From the human T2T-CHM13v2.0 reference genome, Homo sapiens, in the NCBI RefSeq assembly GCF_009914755.1, contig NC_060929.1: DNA of 64,000 bases; one strand, 5' to 3'. The stretch's first letter is position 1, and every line of letters begins with the position of its first letter. Shown here piece by piece: positions 49,200 to 64,000 of the stretch. Below the pieces are notes generated by a model that did not search any database, was not told where the DNA came from, and saw only the letters and a list, made by a program, of their open reading frames with translations. Position numbers and translations under genes: made by a program.

Positions 49200-50050
49200 A
49201 AAGAATATGGTTTTAACAGGTAAAAATGATACAGGCTAAGGGACGGGGGAGTGGAGAAGGAGAGAAGAGAAAAAGCTACAGGGTGAAAAGTAGCATGAAC
49301 AAAAACAGGGAGGAAGGAAAGTCCAGGGCACAATCAGGGGAAACAGAAGCAGTCCCATGGCTAGAAAATGAAGTGAGTGTGTACAGGACCATAGTGGAAA
49401 GAAAGGGGGAGGTCGTGGGGCCTCACAGTTCAGGTTGAGAAGTTGGATCTTAACTCTAAACAGTGGGAAACCACTTCGGTTTCTTCAGGGAAAAATCTTG
49501 TGACAATAAGAACAGTGGCTTTGAAAGACTAATATGGTGGCCAGCAATTGTATGATGCACTGAGAGGCAAATACACCTGGCGTTGGGAAAACTAGGTAGG
49601 GAGCTGTTGGCATGGCTTTGAAAGAAGTCATGGAGTGGAAACGAGAGCAGTGGGAATGGAAATAAGTGATGGGACAGAGCAATGCAAGTGACTAGGCTGG
49701 GAGAAAGGAAGGAAGGAGATGCCCAAGTTTCAAGGTGAGGTAACTGGGAGAATGCTGATGTCATGATTCAACAGGAAGAACAAGTTTGGAGGGAAATTAT
49801 CATAAGGCTGGTTTAGAAGACTGTGGAGCATGAATGCGACAGGCAAATATATACCAGGGGCTGAAAACATGGGATGGGGCACAGCAAGTGAGGATGAGGC
49901 TGGAAACACAGGCTTGGATGTCATCTGCATGGCAATGAGGGCTCGAGCCAGAAATCTCTGAGGGAGAAAGTGAAGACAGAAGAAACAATATTTATGACAG
50001 CCTTGATAAATGGCTACATCTTTCCAGATGAAAGAAGAAAAGGAGTCAGG
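49200..50050 (-). mobile_element. Decayed L2
   Basis: Purine-rich antisense L2 phrases ('gatgcccaagtttc', 'caagtttggagggaa', 'gtcatctgcat'). Confidence 0.55.
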
Positions 50051-50102
50051 AAAGAGCTAACAATGGACTCCAGTGAAACAACAGATGTAGAAGCAATTTG
50101 CC

Positions 50103-51255
<1,153 letters not shown>

Positions 51256-51539
51256 AATATATTTCTTTCTTCATCCCCAACTCATACTCCACTCTTCAGG
51301 CCAACAATCAGACATCAACACCAGCCCAGACCCCAGGATCCTAACTTCCACCCTCTAGGCATTACTTCATTCCTAATCCAACATCCTGCTACAATCCCAT
51401 CTCTTTCCCATATGACAACAGGGTAAGGGAATCAAAGGGGTTGGTAAGTATCTTAGAAATGATAGGTGCCATGAGGTCCATGCTGTGTGGGGAAGAGTGA
51501 GGCCACAAGGACATTGAAAGACTCTAAGAACCAAGACAG

Positions 51540-51680
51540 GCCTATAATCCCAGCTACTTAGGAGGCGGAGGCGGGAGAACTGCTTGAGCCCAGGAGTTTC
51601 CAGGCTGCAGTGAGCTATGATGATGCCACTGCACCCCAGCTTGGGTGACAGAGCGAGACCCTATCTCAAAAAATAAAAAT
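51540..51680 (+). mobile_element. Alu right-arm monomer
   Basis: cctataatcccagctact...gagcgagaccctatctcaaaa. Confidence 0.85.
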
Positions 51681-52699
51681 AAGATGACTGCTGATGGGCT
51701 ACAGTCCTGGCTCCCTGAGGTGAAACAATAGGCTTATGGGAACTGGGGGAGCAATCATACTGTTTTGAGGGAGCAGTCATACTGTTTTAAGTTCTGGGAG
51801 AGAAGACAATAGAGGAGGTGAGGCTGACAGGTTATGAGAGGAAAATGTCAAAAGTAGGGGAAGGCCACAGGAGAAGTGGGTATGGACCCTAGAGTTTCTC
51901 AGGATATAGGAGCAACTGGGCTTAAGAGAAAACCTTCTCCCTTACACCAAGTTCTCAAACAATGGGAAGAAGAAAAAGCCTCCTCAGGGAGAGGTTACCA
52001 GACCACCCCTCCACATCCCAAGTGGCTAATGTGGCTAGCATCCAGCCACCCACCCACAGCCAGGTGCTCACTCCCTCCCTCCTCCAAACCAGCCAAGGCA
52101 GCTGGCATCCATGTCCACCATAATGTAGGTACCTCCCTGGCCCACCATGGAACACTGCCTCTGCTCCAGGTTCTATCCTTTGCCCTCTCTTTCCATGCTA
52201 AGCAATCATTAGGCCCGTGGAGCTGCTGCCACTGGAGCTCAGACTCCTCTGAAAAGATGACAGAGAATCTGACCCTCTGCTTCCTGCTGCTGTTCTGCCC
52301 ACAATGATTCTTTCATTCACTTGTTCAGCAAACAGTTGCTGACTGCTGACTAAGTGCCCTTTCCTTTTTGTCATTTCTCTGACAAATAACAGTGAAGTCA
52401 AAAATATCATGATACATTTTCAAAATCCAAATCATTCCTGGTCAGTTGACTGGCTGACAATAAAGCCTTTCTAATAAGTGGGATTTCATTCCCCATGGGA
52501 ACACATGCCCTGTCCTCAAATGCCAGGGCTGAGCTCATTCTACCTGAAAAGCAGAGTGTAACTTCTGATGCCACCTCCACTACCCCACCCAGCTCCTGTC
52601 CATCAGCTCAGTTTCTAAGAACAATTTCTGGGGCAATAATGGGAAGAGTCCTTGTGAAGGAAGTCCAGTGCGCACATGCCTGGACTCCAAGCTATTCCA

Positions 52700-53136
52700 G
52701 CTGGACTCCCAACTAGACTGCCTATACTGTGGCAGATAAGCCCAGAATCCTCCATGGCCCTTTCAAGGGAAGACTTGGCTTTGGTCAGCAGACAGTCTAC
52801 ACTTTTCAGCTCCTGCAGGGTCTGCCTCAGTTGCAGAGAGCTACTTTGCATGAAGTCATGATTGTTTAGGGCAGCCTGTAACTAGTGACTGAGCCAGGCA
52901 TGGATATAAAAACCTAACCATTTTAGCCTAATTCAGGATCATCTGAAGGACAATACTCACTTCAGAACTCCTCACTGGGATGCACAAGACTTCATCAGGC
53001 TTACATCAAAGTTTGACTGCTTCCTCTGCCCGATCCTACTTCCTCCCCCTTCCTTTTGTAGGGGTCGATCTCTAATAAACATACTGCATTCAAACCTCTA
53101 TCTCAGCATCGGCTTCAGGAGAACCCAACCCACAAC
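52700..53136 (+). mobile_element. ERVL LTR16-like solo LTR
   Basis: The 3' end 'ctaataaac...tctcagcatcggcttc...gaacccaacccacaaca' resembles LTR16-family termini. The 5' boundary is uncertain. Confidence 0.45.
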
Positions 53137-53659
53137 ACTTACCAAAAGTTTTTCAAATTTGAGAAGCTGCTACACCTTGTGGGTTCTGTTTGTGGCAGAA
53201 CTCCAAGCTCTAGTATATACGGTTGGAACACTGTCTTAGAAAGGAGGAGGCAGAAATAGTAAATATCCCCTCTGTGACTATTTAACATTTGAAAGACTCC
53301 TGAGAAGGCCTTTTCTGAACTGAAACAGTGGGAAAAGATTTCAACTGTCCAGCACCACCCATAAATCATAACCACATTCTCTAGTTAGCACATACTACTC
53401 ACTACTCAATCACTAGTTCAGATTCTTACCCTTCCCTTGAACTTCTGACTCTCCACTCTCAGTGGAGGCCTGGCCTTCTACATCACAGAGCAAACAGAAG
53501 CTGTCAGACAGGGTCTCCCCAGCTTCCCACCAGCAAACAGATGGAGTCCACCTTTTGAAGAACTTTACTTCTTACCCACCCTCTCTCCTGAAGCTTCCAC
53601 CTGTCCCTATGTACTAGAGTCTCTCATCAGCATTTATAAATAGTTTCTTTTTGTTAAAA

Positions 53660-54115
53660 AAAGACATAAAGAGTCCATCAGCAGATGAATAAACAAATTT
53701 GTCCATACAATGGTATCTCCATACAATGATACATTATTCAGCCATAAAAAGGCATGAAGTATTGATACATGCTACATCATGGGTGAACTTCAAAAATTAT
53801 TATGCTCAGTGAAAGAAGACAGACACAAAAACTCATGTATGTATGACTCCATTTACATGAAATATCCAAAATGAGTAGATCCATAAAGACAGAAAGGAGC
53901 TTTGTGGTTGTCAGATGTTAGAGGATAGGGAAATGTGGATAAACTGCTCAGCGGGTATGGGATTTCCTTTTGAGGTGATGAAAATGTTTTCGGATTAAAT
54001 AGAAGCGGTGATTGCACAACATAATGAATGTACTAAATACCACTGAGCTTCTCACTTTAAAATGATTAATTTTATATTATATAAATTTAACCTCAATGTA
54101 AGAAAAAGAATAAAG
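53660..54115 (+). mobile_element. L1MB-like 3' end
   Basis: 'tattcagccataaaaagg...gaagtattgatacatgctac', 'gattgcacaac...gaatgtactaaat'. Confidence 0.75.
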
Positions 54116-54569
54116 AAAAACTTCCCTAGACCTCTTCTGGGTAGCATCTTTTCTCATCTCCTTTCATTTTTCTTATACTGATAACTTCTCAAGGAATGTC
54201 TAGACCTCCTTACCCGCCATTCACTCCAAAGCCCACTCCACACCACTCCACTCTCACCCAGTGACAACCACTGATGCTTCTCACTCCTCCCCTCCTGAGA
54301 TTTCTTGGCAGCACATGACACAGGAGGCCAGTTCCTCAGTCCTAAAGTAAGTATTCTGCCCTGACTTCCTTGAGACTGAATACCTGATGAGTTCCTGCCA
54401 CTACAGCCTCTCCTTTGCCAGCTCACCCTCTTCTACCTGACTGTTAAGAGTTGAAACTTCTCAGGATGCTCTTGATTCTCTTCTGGGGCTCATCAGTTCT
54501 CATGTCTCCAACTGCCATCTAGATACACATACACACAAACAGGAGCGCACAGAAATAAAACTAGAATGA

Positions 54570-55805
54570 CCTACTGGATAATAAAACATATTGCAAAACC
54601 TCTACAACTAAAATGGTTTGATACTGGTGCATGAATAGACAGAATTACCAATGAAGCAGAAAAGAACATTCAAAAACAGACCCAACTGCACACAGAAATT
54701 TAATATACAGTAAGAGCAGCATCTCAAATCTATAGGGAAAGCACTTTCTTTTTTAGACAGGGTCTCGCTCTGTCGGCCAGGCTGGAGTGCAGTAGTATGA
54801 TCACTGCAACCTCAAACTCTTGGGCCCAAGCGATTCTCCCACCTCAGCTTCTGGAGTAGCTAGGACTACAGGCACGCACCACTACACCTGGCTAATTTTT
54901 TTTCTTTTTTGTAGAGACAGGATCTCTCTCTGTTGCCCAGACTGGTCTCAAATACCTGGCTTCAATCCATCTGCCCACCTCAGCCTCCCAAAGGGCCGGG
55001 ATTGTAACAGGAGTGAGCCACTGCACCTGGCCAAGTCAAACTTTTTAATAAGCAGTGTTGGGATAACTCAACAGACATACTGAAAAAGGTAAAAATTAAC
55101 CCCATGTCTTATGCCTACATGTCAAGATAAATTCCAAACAAATTAAATCTTTAAATATACAAAATGAAAACATATAAGTACCAAAAGAAAGCATAGGTCA
55201 ACTACTCTATAATCTGGGAGTAGTAAATAATAACTTTCCTAATTATAAGTTGGTGGCAACAACTTGTTGAAAGTAAATAACTTTCCTAATTATAATTCAA
55301 AATCCAAAAGAAATCACAAAAATATTAATTTGATTATGCAAAAATAAAAAGTTTTATAAAAAATAAAAATGCATGGAAAAATATCATAAGCAAAAAAGAC
55401 AAATGTCAAACTAGGTAAAGTATCTGCAATTTAATATCATAGAGTATTAATATCCCCAATATATAAAAAACTTTTAAAAAATAAGGAGAAAAAGACCAAA
55501 AACACAATAGAAAAAAAAGACTACAGATATAAACAGGCAGGTCACAGAAAAAGAAATACAATGCTATTTGACTCTATGAAAAGATGTTCAACTTTGCTCA
55601 TCACATGACAAAGATAAAATAAAACTACAGTAGAAAACTGCTTTCCACCTATTAGGTTGTAAGTACTTTGCAGGCGAGACTAGGGAAATGAAATTTGCAT
55701 ATACAGCCCCTATAAAGGGGAATTTGACAACATCTAATAAAATTATAACTGCATTTACCCTCTGACCCAGAAGTCTGACTTCTAGGAAGTGACTGCAAAG
55801 ATATG
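54570..55805 (+). mobile_element. Old L1M ORF2 3' fragment, interrupted by an AluJ at ~54748-55032 (-)
   Basis: Decayed ORF2 phrases ('tggtttgatactggtgcatgaatagaca', 'atgaaaagatgttcaac') around an antisense Alu. Confidence 0.65.
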
Positions 55806-55811
55806 TTGGCA

Positions 55812-56031
55812 ATAACCTGGATGAGCCTGGAAGTAGATTCTTTTCCAGAGCCACCAGAAAGGGACACAGGCTGGCCAACACCCTGGTTTCAGGCTGTGAG
55901 ACCCTGAACAGAAGACTCGGCTAACCAGGACCTAGATTTCTGACCTACATCAACTATGAAATAATAAATGAGACGGTGTTTGAAGCCACTAAGTTGGTGG
56001 CAATTTGTTTCACAGCTGTAATTTGCAATAC
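55812..56031 (+). mobile_element. MLT1D/E-like LTR, 3' part
   Basis: 'ctggccaacacc...ttcag..tgtgagaccctga', 'ttctgacctaca...aataataaat...aagccactaag...aataca'. Confidence 0.7.
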
Positions 56032-56955
56032 AGCCCTGCAGATGGGGGAAAGGGTTCACACCAAGGCTGGAAATGGGAGTAAGTGGACTGTGTGAGATCT
56101 TAGGCCATCTAGTTTGGCTGAAACAGCAGACAGGCAGAGCTAAGGACTTAGAATAGCTGAGGTTCTTGAGGCCAGCCCTCCTTGCCTGACCATCCAACGG
56201 GAGTATGGGAGCAGGAGGTGAAGAAAAAGGTCAAGGAGGGGAAACCCCTGGCAGGCTGCATCGCTGGTACTGATAAAAAGCATATGATCACTAAGACTTC
56301 AGATTTACCCTAAAGAATCTATAAGTACTTCTGTTTCTTCTACTTTCCCTTCTCCCTCTAGGCCTCCCCTCCCTTCTTTCTTGGACACTCAGACTTTAAA
56401 CTGGATGACCTTGAAAAAGGTAGGAAAAAAATTTTAACAAAAAGGGAGCCCATTATTTGGTAGAAATTTCTCCTTTGTAAGTTTTCCTTTTATATAAGTC
56501 TATTTCTGTAGATAAATTGAACCCAACTGTGATATTTAAATCGTTTTAAGAAAGTACATTCTGTTTTACTTGCAAAAAGAGGGGACCCTTGGCCTCTTCC
56601 TTGAGACAGGCGAAATGGAAGGGGATGCAAGATACCCTGCTTATTTATCTCCAAAAGAAATCTATAGCCCCAAGCCCAGCCCAATTTTTGTGCCCAGCAG
56701 GAACAGGCCTTTGTTCAGAGAACACCACAGGTATGATGGGCACCACACCAAAAACAGAAAGCAGAACCGCTACATCTTTGGGCTCAAGACAACGGGAACA
56801 TGAAAACAACAGGAGATGGAGAGTGCCAGGCACAAGGGAAATACCTTTTATCTTACATTTTGTTGCTCCTAATGACCTTGTTCAGGCCTCAAATCAGTAT
56901 GACTTCATTCTTTGGGAAGTATATTCTATGGAAGCTTTAAAATATATTATGAGGT

Positions 56956-57484
56956 TGCTATGGTTTAAATGTGGCCTCCAAAGTTCATGTGTTGGAAACT
57001 TAATCCTGAATGTGACAATGTTGAAAGAGGTGATTAGGTCATGAGGGCTTTGCCCTCATGAATGATTAATGTCACTATCACAGGAGTGGGTAAGTTTTCG
57101 CAAGAGTAGTTTATTAAAAAAGCAAGTCCAGCTGGGTGCAGTGGTGTGCCCCTATAGTCCTAGCTTCCCAACTACATGGAAGGCTGAAACGCGAGGACTT
57201 GCTTGAGCCCAGGAGTCCAGCCCGGGCAACATAGCAACACTCCGTCTCTTTTGTTCCCCCCCACAAAAGGCAAGTTCAGCCCCATTCTGCTCTCTCTCCA
57301 GCACCTGCTCTGTCACCACATGATGCCTTTGGCCACGTATGCCACAGCAACTAGGCCCACAACAGATGCAGCTCCTCAAACTTGGATATCCCAGTCTCTA
57401 GAATTGTAAGAAATAAATCTATGCTCTTTAGAAATTACCCAGTCTCAATTATTCTGTTACAGCAGCATAAAATGTACTAAGACA
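56956..57484 (+). mobile_element. MST/MLT1A-like MaLR LTR containing an Alu/7SL-type monomer (~57130-57250)
   Basis: tgctatggtttaaatgt...ctaagaca termini. The monomer is flanked by aaaaagcaagtcca / aaaaggcaagttca. Confidence 0.8.
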
Positions 57485-58699
57485 GAGATAAATCAAGTTC
57501 TAACACAGGGAGACAGGTGTTATTGAACAGGTGCCGTCCACAATCCTTCAGAGCGCAGTTAGCTCCATCTCTCTTCCCACACTAACCCAGTCCGTGTGTG
57601 TGAAAAGGTAATAACCTGACACAATCTCCATACCCTGGCCATTGCGCTGAGGATAGAAGAGATTGGTTCTTCTCCGTGATGGTTAATGGAGGTCTTCAAA
57701 ACTCTTTCAATCCCTTACCCATTACATTTTTCTAAGGTACTTTTAAATCCTTTCAACTCTGTATCTACAACACACTGTGTGAGGTAAATTTTCTTTCATT
57801 TGTCCCAAATTTAATTCCCTTGGGATCACATGATGTCAGGCTCTACTGAACAGGATTTGTTGAACCAGTCCACATTCCCACTATCTTTACCCTATAAATT
57901 TTCAGTGCATGGCAAAGAGAAGCTCAATACATACTGTGAGTAGATGAATTTTCCTTCTCTGGCTTTACTCCACATCAAAAAGTCCCATGCTTTCCCCCAC
58001 TGTCTTCAAATCCACACATACTCCACATCTGTCATGGGCTGAACTAGAATCAGAAATAAGTGTTCCTCCTCTCAGGAAGCCAGTCCTGGATCATGTTTCA
58101 GGTTTAAACATGAAATGGGGAGGGTATCATCATAAACCAGCCCTCACCTGCAGCGGAAACAATTTCTGCCAGGAAAGTAGTAAATGAAGCTATTTATTTG
58201 CTCTTCCTGCTGATGGAGTGAACACATCGTGTTTCTGTACAACCCACCTCCAACCTGACTCTCATTTCCATGCTGAGCAAAAGTGGAAAAGAAACAATAG
58301 GAATCATGTCCCCATTGGAATGGGAAACCACTGGAAATCTCAAAAGAGAAACAAAGGCCTAAACACAAACTCCTCACACACCTTAAGAATAAACAGGTGA
58401 TACAACAGAATTCATTCTATCATTCATTAGCCAATCTTTATTGAATACCTGTTATGAGCCAAGCACAGCCCTGGGCTCTGAAGATCCAGATGTGAGCAAG
58501 ACAGACCAAAATCTCTGTCCACTCAGGGCTTACATTCTAGTAGTGGAAACAGACAATAAACAACACTAAGTAAAATCTATAGATTAAATAATAAGTGCTA
58601 AGGAGCAAAATAATGCAGGGAAAGGGATATGAAATGTTAAGAAAGGCTAAAACATTTTTGAAAGGGTAGACAGAGATGGCCTCATAGACAAGGTTAGTT

Positions 58700-59385
58700 T
58701 TGTTTTTGGTATTATTTTGGACTTACAGAAAACTCAGTGATAATACAGAGAGTTCCTAGAATTTCTGTACAACATTTACTCAGTTTCAGTTCCCCTAATG
58801 CTATCATCTTATATTACCATAGTACAGTTGTCAAAACTAAGAAACCAACATTGGTATATTAGTGTTAACTAGACTCCAGACTCTTTATGTTTCACTAGTT
58901 TTTCCATGAATATCCTCTTCCTGTTCCAGCATCCAATTCACAATACCACAATGCATTTACATGTCATGTCCTCTCTGGTCTATGCCAGTTTCTCAGTCTT
59001 TCCTTGTTTATCAAAACCATGATAGTTTGCAGAGTACTGGTCAGGTATTTTACAGAATGTTCCACCATCTGGGTTTGTCTGATGTTTTTCTCATTAGACT
59101 GGGGTCGTTGGTTTTGAGGAAGAATACCACAAAGGTAAAGTGTCCCTTTGTCTCATCATACCATAGGGTGCATCATATCCACATGACAACACTGGTGATA
59201 TTACCCTGGCTCACTTGATACCCTTGATCACAGGTAGTACTTACCAGATTTCTCCACTGTAAAGTGACTATTTTTCCTTTTCCAAAATGTGTTCTTTAGA
59301 AATGAGTCAGTAAGTCTAGCCCAACTGGAAAGATGTAAGCTCCACCTTCTAGAGGGGGGAGTATCTATATATATATATTATTGGA
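58700..59385 (-). mobile_element. L1MB/MC-like 3' end, antisense
   Basis: 'acttacagaaaa...tacagagagttcc', 'tcaaaactaagaaaccaacattggta'. Confidence 0.6.
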
Positions 59386-59389
59386 ATTC

Positions 59390-59975
59390 TTTTTTTTTTT
59401 TTTTTTTGAGAGCATCTCACTCTGTCTCCCAGGCTGGAATACAGTGGTGCGATCTCAGCTCAATGCAACCTCCACCTCCTGGGTTCAAACAATTCTCGTG
59501 CCTCACCTCCTGAGTAGCTGAATTACAGGCGTGCGCCACCATACCCAGCTAATTTTTGTATTTTTAGCAGAGATGGGGTTTCACCATGTTGGCCACGCTA
59601 GTCTTGAACTCCTGGCCTCAAGTGATCCACTTGCCTTGGCCTCTCAAACTGCTGGGATTACAGGCATAAGCCACATGCCCAGCCCTATTATTGGAATTCT
59701 TCTGCAAGAAAGATTTAACTTTTGGCTGGGTGCAGTGGCTCACGCCTGTAATCCAAGCACTTTGAGAAGTGCAAAAAATACAAAATTACAAAAAATACAA
59801 AAATGAGCCATTGTGGTGGCACACACCTGTAGTCCCAGCTACTCAGGAGGCTGAGGTGGGAGGACTGGTGGAGCCAGGGAGGTCAAGGCTGTGGTGAGTC
59901 GTGACTGTGCCACTGCACTCCAGCTGGAGCAACAGAGCAAGACCCTGTGTCAAAATTTAAAAAAAAAAAAAATTT
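59390..59975. mobile_element. Head-to-head Alu pair: ~59390-59684 (-) and ~59724-59975 (+, left arm deleted)
   Basis: TSDs tattattggaattctt and aagaaagatttaactttt. Confidence 0.9.
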
Positions 59976-59999
59976 AAAGAAAGAAAGATTTAACTTTTG

Positions 60000-64000
<4,001 letters not shown>

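Noticed and set aside
51747-51790. 2 x 22-bp tandem duplication (gggagcaatcatactgttttga)
   Set aside because: Real, but an ordinary slippage duplication with no further structure.

Overview
Human intronic DNA from SIL1, the ER BiP nucleotide-exchange factor gene mutated in Marinesco-Sjogren syndrome, transcribed on the minus strand. The L1HS-Ta element supports a human rather than other-primate origin. Only two coding exons are present: 15038-15146 (109 nt, residues ~82-118) and 6719-6818 (100 nt, ~118-151). Everything above 15146 is one long intron. The rest is mostly transposon-derived: about 30 Alus, a full-length SVA with a 16-bp TSD, a young 5'-inverted L1HS-Ta insertion with a 14-bp TSD, older L1s, L2s, MaLR/ERVL LTRs and MER58/MER3 DNA transposons. 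Nearly all ORFs in the track are repeat-derived or spurious. I see no new gene system. The least explained signal is five short local copy-paste duplications (13-70 bp, donors 0.7-3 kb away, all in direct orientation) plus two fold-back hairpins that overwrite repeat consensus sequence. These read as fossil scars of templated DNA repair. Repeat subfamily names are from recognition by eye, and boundaries of old repeats are approximate.
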